A DNA stretch of 64,000 bases from Ascidiella aspersa (taxonomy: Eukaryota): contig OZ004613.1 of NCBI GenBank assembly GCA_963924565.1, positions 31,310,001 to 31,374,000 on the forward strand. The letters run 5' to 3'. Positions 1 to 14,500 of this stretch are shown here, one piece after another. The notes under the pieces are model-generated. The model was not told the origin of the DNA and searched no databases. It was given only the letters and a program-made list of their open reading frames with translations. The position numbers were made by a program, and so were the translations under genes. Numbering within the stretch: the stretch's first letter is position 1; each line of letters starts with the position of its first letter.

Positions 1-1722
1 GGTGTGAACAGTCGATGTCGTTTCGTCGTGGCTGTCGCTATAGCAACTGTCGCTCGCCTGTATGACGTCATTTGGTTGATGACGCACCATGAGTGTGACG
101 TCAAACTCCTTGTTTGCGTTGTCATGCATGAACGAGGGCAGATAGTGCTGTGGAATGGACTGCGCATGCGTGTAACTAGTGGAGCGTGACTTCTTCACTT
201 GGATTCTCCAAACAACGACAAGAACCACACCCGCCACCACTAGGAGCGCTAGAACCCCGCCCATCACGTAAACCCACAACGGGAGCGATGACGTCACTAC
301 TTGCGAGTCTGACGTGGTCGTGACGACCGACAGCGTGGTGACGTCATCGCACTGCTCGATGCCGATCTTGTCGGGATGCTGGTATGACGTCACAATGCAA
401 ATTGCGTATCTCGTTTCCGGCGCGAGTCGCCCTATGTGCGTGGCGACACCTGGTGGCAGCGGGAGGATCGTGTAATCGACCATCCACATGGAGGCGGTAG
501 AGAGGCCGCTCTTGCTTGTGACGTCACAGCTCTGACACGACATCTCGCCGAACATGACGGAGAATGTGACGTAGGGAGGCTCTGACGCGGTGCTTGCGTC
601 ATACACGATTGTGACATCATTGGTTGTGACGTCACGCGTTTCGAACTTGTAAGCGGAGTGTGTGCACTGAAGCGCTTCGACGTCGATGTTGTAGAGTGTG
701 ACGTCACTGAAGGCGGGCGGTGACGCGCATCTGACGTTGTTACCGTTAGCGACGGTTGCCATGGTGAACCAGGACTTGAGGTAGATGAGGTTGCAATCGC
801 ATCTCCATGGATTGTCGTGGATGGAGACTGAGGAGGTCCTTGGGATGTTGGAGAAGGAATTCCTCTCGACACTCCTCAACAAGTTGGATGAGAGGTCAAG
901 GGTCAGCAGGTCGGGGAAGCCCCTCAGGGAGCCGTGCGGGGAATCCCCCAGCAAGCTGCTCTGAGCGAATATGAACTGGATCCTGTTGTTTGAGAGCAGT
1001 AGGTCGGTGATGTTGGTGGGGAGGTGAGGAGGGATGTTCTCGAGGAGGTTGTGGCTCACATCGAGGGTCCGGAGCTTGCGGAGACGCAACATCCCGTGGA
1101 TCGATCCAACCTTGAGTTGGTTGAAGCTTAGATCGAGAGTAACGAGGTCGGAATCCTCAGGGAACGAATCATCAGGGATGTTGCTGATCATGTTGTGCTC
1201 CAACCTCAAACTCTTCAGGTTGCCAGGGATACGACGCGGCAGTGACGTCAGGCGATTGTTGGAAAGGTCAAGGTGCTCAAGGTCACTCGCCAGCTCGAAT
1301 GACGTCTGGGAAATCCCCTCATCTGAGAGGTTATTGTCCTCCACGTGGAGTGCTTGGAGCCGATCCAACCCACGGAGCGCGTCCTTGCCAACGTACTTGA
1401 GGTTGTTGTTGCTAAGCGATATGTACGTCAGAGTGTTGGGCAGGTTTTTGGGGAATGACGTCAGGAGGTTGTCGTGCAGCTCGAGCCGCTCAAGCGTGAC
1501 GAGCTTGGCCAATCCGCGCTCGAGAGAAGGCGAGTTGGAAATCTTGTTCCCGTACAGTACAAGCACCCTCGTGTCGCTCGGTATCCAAAGCGGCAGGGTC
1601 GTGAGGTTCTTCTCCTGGCAGTAAACCCTCCCCGGGATGCAGCGGCACTCTCGCGGGCACCCCTGTGACGTCATAATCGATGCGAGCGCGACGGCGACGA
1701 ACAGAAGCAATTGTCGCGTCAT
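1..1722 (-). CDS. FLRT: FLRT-like leucine-rich repeat/FN3 transmembrane protein, paralog A (3' end runs off the window)
   Basis: Hand translation from ATG at 1722 is open for 574 codons to base 1; it is absent from the ORF track because no stop lies in the window. It reads MTRQLLLFVAVALASIMTSQG (signal), CPRECRC...VYC (LRRNT), LxxLxLxxN repeats, DNPWRCDC...RCASP...IDVEALQC (LRRCT), FN3 (LAPETRYAIC), TM LPLWVYVMGGVLALLVVAGVVLVVVW, and tail ...NKEFDVTLMVR. It is colinear with paralogs B and C. Confidence 0.93.
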   Translation of the reverse strand, partial: MTRQLLLFVAVALASIMTSQGCPRECRCIPGRVYCQEKNLTTLPLWIPSDTRVLVLYGNKISNSPSLERGLAKLVTLERLELHDNLLTSFPKNLPNTLTYISLSNNNLKYVGKDALRGLDRLQALHVEDNNLSDEGISQTSFELASDLEHLDLSNNRLTSLPRRIPGNLKSLRLEHNMISNIPDDSFPEDSDLVTLDLSFNQLKVGSIHGMLRLRKLRTLDVSHNLLENIPPHLPTNITDLLLSNNRIQFIFAQSSLLGDSPHGSLRGFPDLLTLDLSSNLLRSVERNSFSNIPRTSSVSIHDNPWRCDCNLIYLKSWFTMATVANGNNVRCASPPAFSDVTLYNIDVEALQCTHSAYKFETRDVTTNDVTIVYDASTASEPPYVTFSVMFGEMSCQSCDVTSKSGLSTASMWMVDYTILPLPPGVATHIGRLAPETRYAICIVTSYQHPDKIGIEQCDDVTTLSVVTTTSDSQVVTSSLPLWVYVMGGVLALLVVAGVVLVVVWRIQVKKSRSTSYTHAQSIPQHYLPSFMHDNANKEFDVTLMVRHQPNDVIQASDSCYSDSHDETTSTVHT

Positions 1723-1769
1723 GGCAACAATAGGTGTTTGTTTTTATTGTTTGTTGTGATAAATAATTT

Positions 1770-1800
1770 CTATAAAGGAGAGAGTAAATAGTTAAAGAAA
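1770..1800 (-). other. 3' splice (or trans-splice) acceptor just upstream of the FLRT-A start codon
   Basis: Minus strand reads tttctttaactatttactctctcctttatAG (AG at 1771-1770), 47 nt before the ATG. Confidence 0.65.
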
Positions 1801-4800
1801 ATAAATATTGGTTTTCCACTAAAGGACAAATTTGTTATGTTCTTACAAATTTAATTCATATTTTCTTTTCCTCTGGCCTTTCTAATCGTGATTTTGAAAC
1901 TTATATTAAAACTGAAATAAAAATAAAGCGACCAAGTATGCATCAGCTGATCAGATATTCCATAAGAGCAAATATATATTCATTTGTCTTGAAATTTGCG
2001 TTTTTAGCGTCACAACATTACAACATATATTCAGGATAAATTCTTAACTAAGTCTCATCCAGTAAGCGGATGAAACTGGTTTCGTTTTAAACTTCAGATG
2101 CTTTCAACATAAATCCGACAAAGACAATTCAGTGAACCGTGTCAAAACATATCTAACACCTTCTTTCCTGTACGTTTGAAATGAAAGAGAACTTGCGAAA
2201 GTAAAAGGAAACCACAGATGTCACTTAAAAACATGTTTTGAAAACACCACTTTGTTCAACTCCATAACATATGCGGAATGTGTTGCACCTTTAAAGTTTT
2301 TAAAAATTAAAGTGTTTTTTCTCAATAAATCAAAGAGTCATAGCTTGAGCACCGCTTCGAACAGGTGCGCTTCCCAAGCTATCAATAAATTTTAGAACTT
2401 TTATCGTCGGTATTAAGTGTTCTGTTGGAGGGCAAGATTCTGTTGTGAAACTCATACCTAGCTAAAATAAAGAGTTGTATATTTTGGGCAAACATCCAGG
2501 AGCCAAATATATAACGTATTTACATGATTAAGTTAAGTTAAAGCACTATCTTTTTTATCTTTCAAGTGTCAGATACTAACTTTTAAATTCTACCTGCAAT
2601 ATCGTTATCAGCCAACTACAAAATCAGTTTAGGTTGAAGCAACTAGCAAAGCACACAACTTTACAATTTCAACAGCAACCTAGTTTTTAAACCACAACTC
2701 CACTCGAGGCGCTTTACATCACAAAATACTCCGAAAAAACAGAGGCTAATTTCAACTATAAACAACAGTTTAAAGATCCTACACATACAACCAACCTAAT
2801 AAACAACCGGAATATTAAAAAGTGCTAATTGCATCACAACTTCTACCAAGAGTCACTTTAATTTTTAAAACCAACTATCCTAACCAGAACTTGCCTTTGT
2901 GCGGAAAGCAATACATGAACAATTAACAACTTTAAAAGCACGGTCCGATTTATAAAACATCAATATAACCAACCGCAATAATATAAAGCGCACATCTCAG
3001 CTAAACTAAATTGACTAATAGCACTTTCTCAGCCGCAAATCGCAGACAAGACTGGAAGCTTAAAGCCTTGATTGAGATTCCCAGGCGAGAAGCACGGAGC
3101 GACTATTAGAAGCTGCTGTGCTTATCGATTAATATCCACGTGTTTTTGACACCGATCTATAAAACCACGCAACGTTGAGAGGCAAGCAATGTACGAGCAT
3201 GTCAGCAGTTATTGAACCGCTCTTCTGTCTTTTAAACTAATGAATCTTCTCATGCGTCTCGTAAATTAAAAAGTTGAACAGACCAAAGATGCCCTTTTTA
3301 GAATTATTGTCATTTGCAAAAGGTGAAAGAGTTTATTTTTATATTGCTGTATTTGTCAGAGCTATTCAGCAAATCACCGTATTTTAGCCCAAAAAAATTA
3401 AATCAAATTTTAAAACGAATGGTCTATAATTCATTGCCGCCTAATATCACTAAATATATATCCTAATATAAAACATACACCCTTCCTAAAGCCATAAGGT
3501 GTATTGCGACAACTGTGTTTATTTCCCGAATTTCCCGTTAAAAAGCACCCGTAAATTTTACATTAACTTCATGGACTTTATTCAATAATAAGTCCCACTT
3601 CCGCAGTGTGAGGTTGTAATTTGCCGAGCTGCTCTCAACTGTGGAAACCTCAGCTTGTTCAATGAACCGAACAAGGTGTGATCTTACAACGAGCGCATGT
3701 GTGCTTTAGCATCTTGTGGTTTTAACACGATTCACAACTTGAAACTAGGGCGCTATGGGATTCTGTGTGACATTATTGCAACACATCCCAGTTGTTTACT
3801 AACTATAAGGTTTTTCAAACATTTTTGAGACTTTAATATTGTAAGAAACACCAAACGAAAGTTTATTTTAATGCATTAAAATGAACAACACAACAACAAT
3901 TTATTTACTTTTAGTTTCTCATAGTGCGATATCGGAGTCTGCTTGGATTGGCACCAAATTGAAATTCGGCTGTAATGTACTTAGTAGCAATAGGCCCACG
4001 CAATTACAATCCTATTATTACTGAACGAAATCTTATTATTACTATACAACAATTAATAAAAACACGATATGTAAGATTTAAACTGATGTCTTGCTTTATA
4101 AAATAAAAGCTAATTACACCCATTGTGTTAAACTATAGTGGTTTCATCTGGGGTTTCATGGAACAATTGTCAAAATATATATTTTTTGCAAAACTTCAGG
4201 CAATCTTTCACGAAACAAACACCAGTTGACAATCATTGCTCTACTTTATAGTACAAACAGAAGACTTTGAAAAATCTAAAACCTTACTCTTTTATGGTCA
4301 GAAAGTAGTTTTGCAAATTAATACGTCGTTCTACTCAGGACTTTCATACAATACGTCATTATATGTGCTTAACCTAAATTTAACAGTCTTTACACAAAGT
4401 TGTAATTCGTCGCCAATCCACGCTTATTTGTTGGTTTTGAGTGAGCGACCTACAAAGTAATTTACGAGAGTGAGTAACTTTCTAGCCTGACGTTTTTATG
4501 AGTAAGTTTGCGTACAAACTGCACGGAGATAAGAGCAACTTAACGCTTGAACGAGTTTCTTCACAAATTCGATCAAGAGACTGGTTTAGTCACGATGATG
4601 TTTTGACTGGACTCGAGTCCAAATAAGATCGCGCTAATAGCGAAATCACTTTATGACGTCACATTCAACATCGAACATTCTTGTTTTAGCGAGTTTTTGA
4701 TGAACTTTTTTTTCTTTTCATTTAAATCCAAGGCGGCAATTTAATCAAATTACAAATATAAACGCTTTTTTATTTTTTAAACTCCAAATTAGGGGCCACC

Positions 4801-7081
4801 TTCAAAAACAAGATGCTGCATGCAATAAGGTACTTACTAGTGCTACTGTGCCTAAGACAAGTTCTTTAAAAATTAGTTCCCAATTAAACGCTTATACGGT
4901 CAAGAAACCTTATTATCAGTCCTCGCCTAACTATTACATTAACCACATTCCAATCAGTCTAATTAAAAGCAATCTTTCCACTAAAAGAGCCGTGTCTCTT
5001 TTACCAGAATCCAGTAACTTCTAATTTAAGCGGAACTAAATATTTCGCACGAGGCCACTTCTAGTAAAGAAGATATTACGAGCCATTGGCTTGTTTTTAC
5101 CAACTACAAACCCCGGTCTACACGAAGCTAATAGTCCCATACCCCAGCATACGTTAAAACGCAAGCTCTGTTGCTGTATTCATAAGCTTGACTGCTTTTG
5201 CTGCTTTTAAACTACAGTTTTGCCGCCTTGTCCTGGTTTCCCAGGTTTTGAAAATAGGTCGTTTTTACTAAAAGCAAGGCGACGATTTAACTTTTCACAA
5301 AACAAGTAAAGTCGAAAGGTTATTTTGAATGGAATTAAGTAATTTTCGTGACATGCTTAATAACTTTTGAATTAACTGTTTAACAAGTTTTGTTTAAAAG
5401 GAAATAAGTTATACATGAACACACGACAAATAAGAGAACTTTTGCATTTCCGTCACAATTTGACTAAGTTTTGCAAAGAGTCAAACTGTTTAATTCCAAG
5501 ACATTATTTATGATCGACCATATTCTCTCAACTTCATTATATTGCGTTCGACTTGGCATTATTACCAAAACAAAGCCCATTGTCTGCTCACAGTGAGCCC
5601 TAATTCAAAGCACGCACAGAAACTGAACAGAGCTTTGCTGTTTTAGCGAGAGACAAAATAAACCTCTTAAAATTTAACGACCATTCCCGGCCCAACCATA
5701 ACCAACAGTAGCTGCCGTTTGGCCTATAGCGTGTGAGATTGAAGCATTTGGAACTGGTGGATTGTTTGGATAACTAGACCTAGGTGCAGTAGCGAAACTA
5801 TAAATCATAAAAAACGCCGTTCTTTCTTAAATGTGCTAAATGCTTTGGTTCATGCGGTAATTGCAAGGTATTTTATAAAAGCTTAAACGTTACGCCATTT
5901 TTATTTTTTAGCTTCTTCCTGTTTTGTCTTATCGACAGCCGCATTAAAAACAGCTCAATAGATTCACTAGTTTACTAATAACAACCACGATAAATAAATA
6001 TTCTCACATTAAAACACGTTTTTCGTTTCCTGTGTTCGCGTCTATAGGCTTGGGTTATTAAATAAATTCTGAAAGGCGCATCTATAAAATAACCTTTTAA
6101 AACACCGAATTTAAATGAAAAAATTACGCACCACCGCGTAAATGTCACCAGCAATTTATCATTTAAACACAAGACAACGGATGGTATTTAACATGTTAAA
6201 GCGCGTACAACGGTGGTTTCCAAGCAACATGTTTTCACCGCTGGTCACTTCTCCCATGTCTAGTTAAGGTTTGTCAGCAAGTTGTAATAACCTCAACCTC
6301 CCACAAAGTGACCCAACATTTTCAGACGATTATTCACCGCGGGATGAACCGTTGTGAACCAAACAAACCCCTAATTCCTACAAACTTTTACAAATATCTT
6401 CGTTGTTTTGAATTGAATTTATATTTAGGACCATAAAACGACCAAGGTGATTTTACGCATCACACAAGCACGGTATTACTGTGCGTTCCGTTTTGCGTAA
6501 TTCTAACAAACTTTAAGCAAACTAGGATTTTACAAATAAATCCGTAATTTCAAAACTTATATAAACTTTTAAACGCAGTAAAACACTCCAGAACGACTTT
6601 TACGTGATTTACTAACTTTTCCTGATGACCAGCTAAGGCAGACTTCATATATTTGTGCAATTATTTTACCGACTGTCTGTTCATGACCCTGACAAGTTCC
6701 ATTAACATCGAGCGAACAAAGTATTGCGCCACAATCGAGACGCTCGTTCACTTCGATCGATAAAAAACTCTTTACAATCGAGAGAAAGTGATGATTCGAA
6801 AAGTCACTTCAACTTTGAAGATTCCGACTCAACAAATCACAAAACTAAACGCGTTTGAAATAAAGAATTTAAACTGGAATCTCCACTAAATATCTAATCT
6901 CTACAACATCACATTTTCTAATTATAAAACTTTCTTCTGTCCACCCTTTGTGATGTAATGAATGGGCTTCTCGCGACCAGCAACTGTCGAGGCAGCTGAA
7001 GTCGACTGGCCCACTTCACCCTTCTCTGTATCGTCACACCGCGCGATTGTTATCGCCATAATAGCTCCTTTTTTCCCCCGC

Positions 7082-7093
7082 GCCGCCATTTTG
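7082..7093. promoter_or_regulatory. YY1-type motif within a CpG-rich island
   Basis: GCCGCCATTTTG matches the YY1 consensus. Related cores occur near 29770, 45142 and 49915. Motif match only. Confidence 0.3.
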
Positions 7094-10018
7094 CCGACTC
7101 TGTGCAAACATCGCGTGAAAAAACGCGGCGTTTAAGGCAGAGGCCTAATTGCTCGCACAATTTTACGCTCGTCTTAATATTGTCAGACGCCTGCCACACG
7201 GATAATACATCATACTGTGACGTCACAAATGCTTTGCGAACTCAGTTGCCATCCTATTTGTGACGTCATATGTATTTTGCTCGGAATTGTAGTTTTTTTC
7301 GCAAAAAATAAAAAACGCTCTGCAGAAATGCGTTCTACAAAAATCAAAGCACGAACTTTTGCTAAAACTTTATTAAAGCCAAAAACTTATTTTTGCTCAA
7401 ATGAAATTGCAACTGTTCAATAAGTTTGCACTGAACGTTTTTAAGTTGTTACTTTCAAACAAATGTAATTCAATTTATACAAAGCACAAACTTTGTTAGT
7501 TGTGTGTTGCACCAAATTAAATAATCATTGTCAATTTTAAAAGGCCGATTTTTTGTTTCCTATACCAGGAAACTTGTCCGTTTATCAACAGCTTTATAAA
7601 TGCATATGTTCAGCAACTTTGCAAGGAACATATTTCATGTAGTTTGGCGCCCAACCTATTGTGACGTCACAACAATTGCCTCAACTGCAATAATGCCCAT
7701 TTTTCGATCGGCCCGCTTATTGGATACCGGGATTTGTTCACTCAAGCGTGAAATACGACGAGGGTTCACGCAGCGCTCATTGGATATAACCACTCCCCGT
7801 TGAACAATGGGAAGCGGTTCGATTAAGTGTGACGTAATAATCACTTGCAGATGTCTCTGGTGTTGTGACGCAATAATGCAGGGACCGATTTCTCCAAGTG
7901 ATAACAATTATCTCTTGCACGTGCCGCCATTGTGATGTAACAGCTACGGCATTGTGACGTCACAGCGGCGTGGATTGAGTTTAAACAAACAGTTTGACGC
8001 GAGAATTTCAGCCGCGAATTATTGGATTTGTATCGCGGCGAATTAATGCGACTTTCCGGCTCAAAAGCGCGATTTATTTCCCAACAAATTTGCTTCTGCT
8101 GTTGGATGTTCAAGGCTTAATTTCACTTATGGGTCGTTTCCGTATTAACAAGATCAAAAGCACGTGATAGCGATGCATTATGAGGTCATAAAGCTTCCTG
8201 ATTAAAATATATGGCGTCTTAGGAATTATTCCCAAATGTATTGGTGATTGTTTGATGCGCTTCTTGGAATCTTGCGAATCGATAAACGCATTAATGTCGA
8301 TGCAATCATGCATTTAGGTCGAATGTTCGATTTTGTGGATGAATACATTAATCAACCACCTTGGGCTTCATCAATATTACAACATAATAATAGAAATGGT
8401 TCTTCTGGTGCAAACGAAATTATAAACCGACGTTTCGTCAGCAGATACCAGCTTAATCGAACAATTTTGCGTTTTAGGTTTGAACTGCCTTCGCAGGCAA
8501 CTTACCTACGGCGGTAAACAATATTCTATCATTTTTAAGTAAGTGATATGTGGTTAATCACAACTACCTGTTGCAACTGAAGTGTCACCCCTTAATTACC
8601 TTTAGAAGCAAAAATACCTGAGTCTATTGCATTAGCCCTCCATCACATTCTAACGTAAATGATCACAACTACTTACATTTGTTTGAAAATAATTTATTTG
8701 TGTAATTCAGAAAAATTAACTTTGTTTACACCAGAATATCAATTGCTATCTATTAATGATGTCTGGTGGTGGTAATTCCATCACTACACAATGTATAGCA
8801 AGATATCGGGGAATGTAGTCGCTTCTATGTCCATATGTTGTTATGTTTCGTAAAAGTTCTGGTAATATACTTGAATTCTATTCTAAAAATTCTGCGCCAA
8901 GAAATTTCGTATACGCAACTTAAAAAAAAAATTTACTCAAAAATTAAAAATAAAACCTTGGCAACGAAACAAGTTTCATTTTCGAAATTGCTTTATTCAA
9001 CGGTTTACCGGAGATTTCGTTTACCTTATATTGAACATTTTTATTGCGACCTTCCATGTGACAAACGCTTTTTCGTCCGGATCAATTTCATCGCGATTTC
9101 AGCTCCGCTGTAAGTGATTTGTCACGCCACAAAGGCGTGAAACGCTTCGATTATGCACAACAATTGATTGACAATCGAAAGTTGAGGGGCGTGCCACAAA
9201 TATGCCATTGTTTACGCACAATGGGGCGATGTCGACATAATCCAGATCGCGCGCAATACAAGAATATTTTCGAACAAGAATCGCGCCAACAATTGTGCAG
9301 GGATTATGACATCACAGTTAAATAAGCTGCTTGGTTTTAGAAGAGCATCCATTGTTAGAAAGCGTCGATATTTTAAACACGGCGATCTGAGCGACTTCTA
9401 AAGCGACAAGTTCAACTCGTTTCGACAAAACCAAGTTTCTGACGATGTTGACTTTAATTTGATTGAACGTGTGAAACAAATTGCGCTTTTCACAAAAATG
9501 TGGGAAATATTTGCACGCGCTACGATTTTGCCTTAAAGTCACGTTTTAAAAACAGTCGGCACTATATGTTGGTTTGGGAAACATTAGTGTTATTTTAAAG
9601 TAAATTAGTTACCTAGATCGTTTTCTAAATTTTCAACTGCCCTTTATAATACTATGTGCTTCCACAAAAAATCAGCGAATTTATCGGCCACAAGAGCCAG
9701 ACCTTATTAAAATTTAGGACAAGTAAACCTTAATTGCAATATAATACAAATAAATTTTACAATCTAAAAAAATGTTTAAAACCATTGGTATATGACAAGT
9801 TTAGCTAACAGTTCATACCAAAGCAGTTGCTTTCAATTGAACTCCGTGTTAGACAGAGTGCAAATATATTAAGCGCCTCAAACATTGTGTGAACTCCAAT
9901 CTTTTTTTGTCGAAGGTTGATTAACGTGTTTGTAATCCACTTGACAGCAACCTCCGATTCTGGCGCTGACTTATTCATGTCTCGCCTCCAACAAATACTC
10001 ACCTCACTTCAAACTGTC

Positions 10019-10050
10019 GGGGACTGGCGGGGTATTTGGGGAAAAGTGGG
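10019..10050 (+). other. Putative G-quadruplex motif
   Basis: GGGG-actggc-GGGG-tattt-GGGG-aaaagt-GGG. Confidence 0.5.
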
Positions 10051-11458
10051 TAAAAATATGGACGAAAAAATGGGCAAATTTGCCAAAAATGTGCTTTATA
10101 ATGCCATCTTTGTTGATTTCTAGTATTGCCTTTTTGTTAAAACCAATTTTTATTTAAATATCTTTATTTCAATAATCTAGCAATTTTGTGTAGTATTCTT
10201 AGGGAAGTGAAACAATATGTATGTAAGGAATATCCCGCAGAAAATAAAATGTAAAATTAAATGGATTCTTAGCTTTGAATCAGTTGAATATTTAGACTGT
10301 TTGTTGGAAAACAATTAAATACCACGAATAATATCCTAAAATAAACAAAAAATCTTAAAAAAAATCCATTTTTTTAACAGCTAAATTTTTATTTATTTAA
10401 AGATTTCACTTAATTTCAACTTAAAGACAATTTCTGACAAATAAATTAAAACAACTTTGCATACCGCCAGTTTAAATTACTAGGTCATTAGTTTACTGTT
10501 GAACATTCATGTTTAGTCAGACTACAACCTCGTCATACTTTCACCCAGCGTTGACAAATCATCCTAATATAGGCGCCTTAGGCTGATCTGGTGTAACCTT
10601 ACCCATCTGGCCTCCACACACCCTCACAACACGATTATTCACCAAAAACTCAACCTTATCATCGTGAAATACGAACCTTGACCTTCATGGAAAGTATGAT
10701 GTTGCCCAATTCACCATTTTTATCGGGAACCCACTTAAAATCACATTTGTCGTATCAGTAGCTAAAATATCACTTAACTCACTCGCTGAGCTTATTTCTA
10801 AAATAAATAAAAATTGTCCACTGTTAATTTCGTCAAAATAAGCATGAATAACAAATCAAGTTTTGAAAACTGATTTGGACGCAAATTATGCTAAAGCATT
10901 ATAGAATATTTAAAAGGAAGGCACAAGTAAATAAGACTAACTATTAACTTTATATATTTGCAGTTGGAGCGTCTTTATTTGACATTAAAACCCTTTTATC
11001 GATTGCTAATTATGCTGACTGCGGATTCTAACTTTTATTATTAATTTGTTAAATTTTAAAAACGAATTAGGACTCACTTGCGGCTTTAACTAGGGGCGTG
11101 ATTGTTTCCTAAAATTACTATAGAAAGCCGTAACAGCAGTAATTTGGTTAACCTTATACGACCAACGGTAAATCGCTTACCCATTTATAGTATAAAACCT
11201 TCCGAAAAGTCTTTCTAAAATAAGCGCGTTTCAAAGATATTTAACGTGTCCATTAAGTCAGACGATTGACAAATATGTGTTTAACGCAATAACTGAGATC
11301 TAGCCCTCACATTGATCAACGATAACATATTAAAGCACATTAAAAACCTAATAAAAGCACATTGAATCTCTTCGGAAAAGTTTACTAAACCATTCCAAGC
11401 CATGAATAAACTGATAATTTTGTATAAGAGACCACCAAGACACCACGAATACTACCAA

Positions 11459-11515
11459 CCCCTAATCCCCTCACCCACCCATGTTACCCCTACTTACCCC
11501 AACCCTACTTACCCC
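11459..11515 (-). other. Putative G-quadruplex motif (8 runs)
   Basis: Plus strand cccc-taat-cccc-tca-ccc-a-ccc-atgtta-cccc-tactta-cccc-aa-ccc-tactta-cccc. Confidence 0.55.
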
Positions 11516-14500
11516 TTCAATCCAACTTGTTTGCTTAAGCAGCTCCCGTCCCACATATTGGCAGTATGTCGCGTCACAATACTCTGCTTTGTAAACGTCA
11601 CAAAGCAAACGCGCGACACTGGGAGAGGTGCCTCGTGGTTTCCGCAGCAAATATTTGTGGAATATTGCTCATAAATATCGAACAAACGCTTTTTGTGGCG
11701 ACCCTCAAGGAACCTAAGGCGCTCACATCTGAGCAGATGCTAGTTATGGAGGTTTGAAGTCGAGCAAACAAACTGTAATTAACAAGAGTCCGGTGATAAG
11801 TTGTCAACAATAAGTCATAAGTGCAACTGTGGGGTATCTTCAGTTCAAACAAAACAAAGCACTTAAGCCTCGCATGTTTTAATGTTGACTCTCCAAACTA
11901 AATACCATGCTTGATTCGAACGCTTTACGCTTTTCCTAAAAATGAGCAACAAGATTCGGCGAAGTATTTAAGAATAGAAGTCAAAGGAACTAATAGACAC
12001 ACACATATGTTTACAACTGTGAAAGCTGCTTTTTGACCAACGATTACAACTTACACATCATTAGTAGACCATCACAGTTGTTTTAAAAGCAGCTATGTGT
12101 TATTTTCGCGGCGCAATAAATTAGGTCTATCAAATGCTTTACGCTTTTAATTTAAAAAAAATGTCAAAAATAGGAATTAAACAAAAAAACAGCGACCACT
12201 TTCCTTTGTTTTGGCGAGGTCAGGGTTGTTGACCCCAAGAACCCTTCTTTTTACCCCCTGGAAAGTACCAAACGAACCCCAGCATTCCCAGCCTCTTAAT
12301 TGGATCCCACTTTCCGCGTTAAACGTGCTTTGATTGTTCACGACGCGGTTCCTTTGTTCTCGGCGCTTCTGCTTTGTGACGTAACACCGCGCTCTCGGCA
12401 AAGTTCGTCTTTCCACGCTCAACTGACAAACGCTAAACCCGGGCTTCGCGCGCTCTCCTCGGACCCTGATTCATTGTGAGTTTGCATATCAATTATGCAG
12501 ACAATGCAACTCGAAATCTCGACCATTATTACGTCACACTCGTCGGTTGTTTCGCTTAATCCTTGTTCCAACAAATCGCGGAATCGCGCGATCGCATCTA
12601 TGAAGAGAAAGTCGCCCAATTTGTGTCTGGAACATTATGCTTGTGTCGTAATAATGCTTTCATCGCCTACGCTTGTTACGTCACAAGCGATGAAATGAGT
12701 TAAAATGAGTCAGGTCGTGTTTTGGGAAAATTAATTAACTTTCGTCAAAAAAATCGTAAAGTCATTAAAAATTACCGACTTACAAGGCCCTGTGTCATGC
12801 CTCATTGCGCAAGCAACAGACCAGTGTGACGTCACAAACATGCCGAAGCAGCGAAGCGTGACATTCGGTTCCTTCCGACGGCATGAACCGGTGTGAGCGT
12901 AGCGGCTTGTTTTGTAAACTTCTGTGATTAGTTTTGTAAACGTCGAGGCGCCATTGTTGCGTCAGAAGGGCCATTGATGGTGGATTGTTGGTGATTGTTA
13001 CGTGTTGAGTCGCACAGGGATTCTCTGATCAGTCACTTGTTGGGTTGCGTTTGATGTGGATTCAGGTTTCTTGGGATAATGCTAATCTAGCAAAGTTCCC
13101 GCCCCCTTCAATATATCGCTTGCACCTGTACAACTCACACAATAAGAAGCTTTTGTGGATTGCGTGTTTACTTCCAACCCCTGGGATACTTAATCTATCC
13201 GGTTGGTGGCCAAATAAACTATTCGAATCCTTGTGGTCAATTTACTAAAGGGATGAATACCGTTGGCGTTTTACTATTTCATTATAAACCCTCTAATGCC
13301 TGTAATCTTCCTTATCTATAAGCATGGAACACATACCAGCAATACTAGCGCAATATTTTTAAGCAAATACAAGACAAAATTATTTATCATACGCAAACAA
13401 GTATTATGGAATACTTTGAAACCAACAAAATTGCGTAAAATGCTGCTTTTTCAAACAACTATATAATATTTGACCTAACACATATACACAACTTAAAAAC
13501 TAAACATAAACCCTACAACCTTCCCCTTTTCAAACTATGTCTTTTTTTAAAACTTTCTTACATTTACAAATAACGTCATTTGAATAATTTACAAACAAAT
13601 AGCAATCAGTTTAAACTTGTGATGTCAAACACTCGTATAACGACCTCCAATAATTTTGGACTTGTGAAAATATTTCATCTCCCATCTACGAAACCACACA
13701 AACATGCGGAAACCTTGTTCAATAAAGTTCGTTGCTTGTAAACGTGCTGCTCATGTGATACCGAGGGTATTCAAGTCTTTATTTAGTTTTCTCAGTCACT
13801 TCCATATTTGTAGGGACCAACTCAGGGTTGGTGACATACGGTCCGCATGTTTTCCAAATGTGCCAATGTTATGTTTTATTGGTAAAGGGTCACAAAAAAA
13901 CAAACCCGTGCCAAGCTGTAGTTTGCAAATACTCCCGGAATTGTAAACTTTACTGTTCGGTGTTTTTTGCTGATCCGATTGCCATGCCGTTCTCCATCAT
14001 TGTCCAAAATGGTCTTTGGAAAATTTGGGTCAATTGGTTCGATTAAACTAAATATAGGTTGAAAGTGTTTTATTAATGTTGTAGGAACATAATTTGGCTG
14101 GTTTTTATTCAAATTAAAGCCAAACAGTGATTTTTTTGCAATGCTATCTTTACAGTATTTTTGCTTTTAGAAGTATTAGCGTATGACGTGCAATTGTGCA
14201 GTTTATTCTTCTGCAAAACTCGTTTAGTTTTTAATAAGTCTTAAAAAGCAATGCAACGTGATGTTTTCCCCCGTAAACAACTTTAAACAATTCACGTTCA
14301 TGTAAAACCGTTTAAAAGCGGATAATCTCCTTATGGAGTCAAGCTCTTATATTTCTCGCACATTTTAAACCCAAACATCTGCATCCCGTCATTTTCACGT
14401 CATAAGCGCCACAGTAAACGTCACAATCGATCATAAGCTTACTAGGTTCGCAGGGTTGGGCGACTGTGGCTTAGAGCTATCACATGTCGGTAACTTTACA

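Noticed and set aside
4-1819. ORF-track entries 4-189, 432-872, 1034-1624, 1474-1668 and 1490-1819
   Set aside because: Antisense or off-frame shadows of the FLRT-A coding exon.
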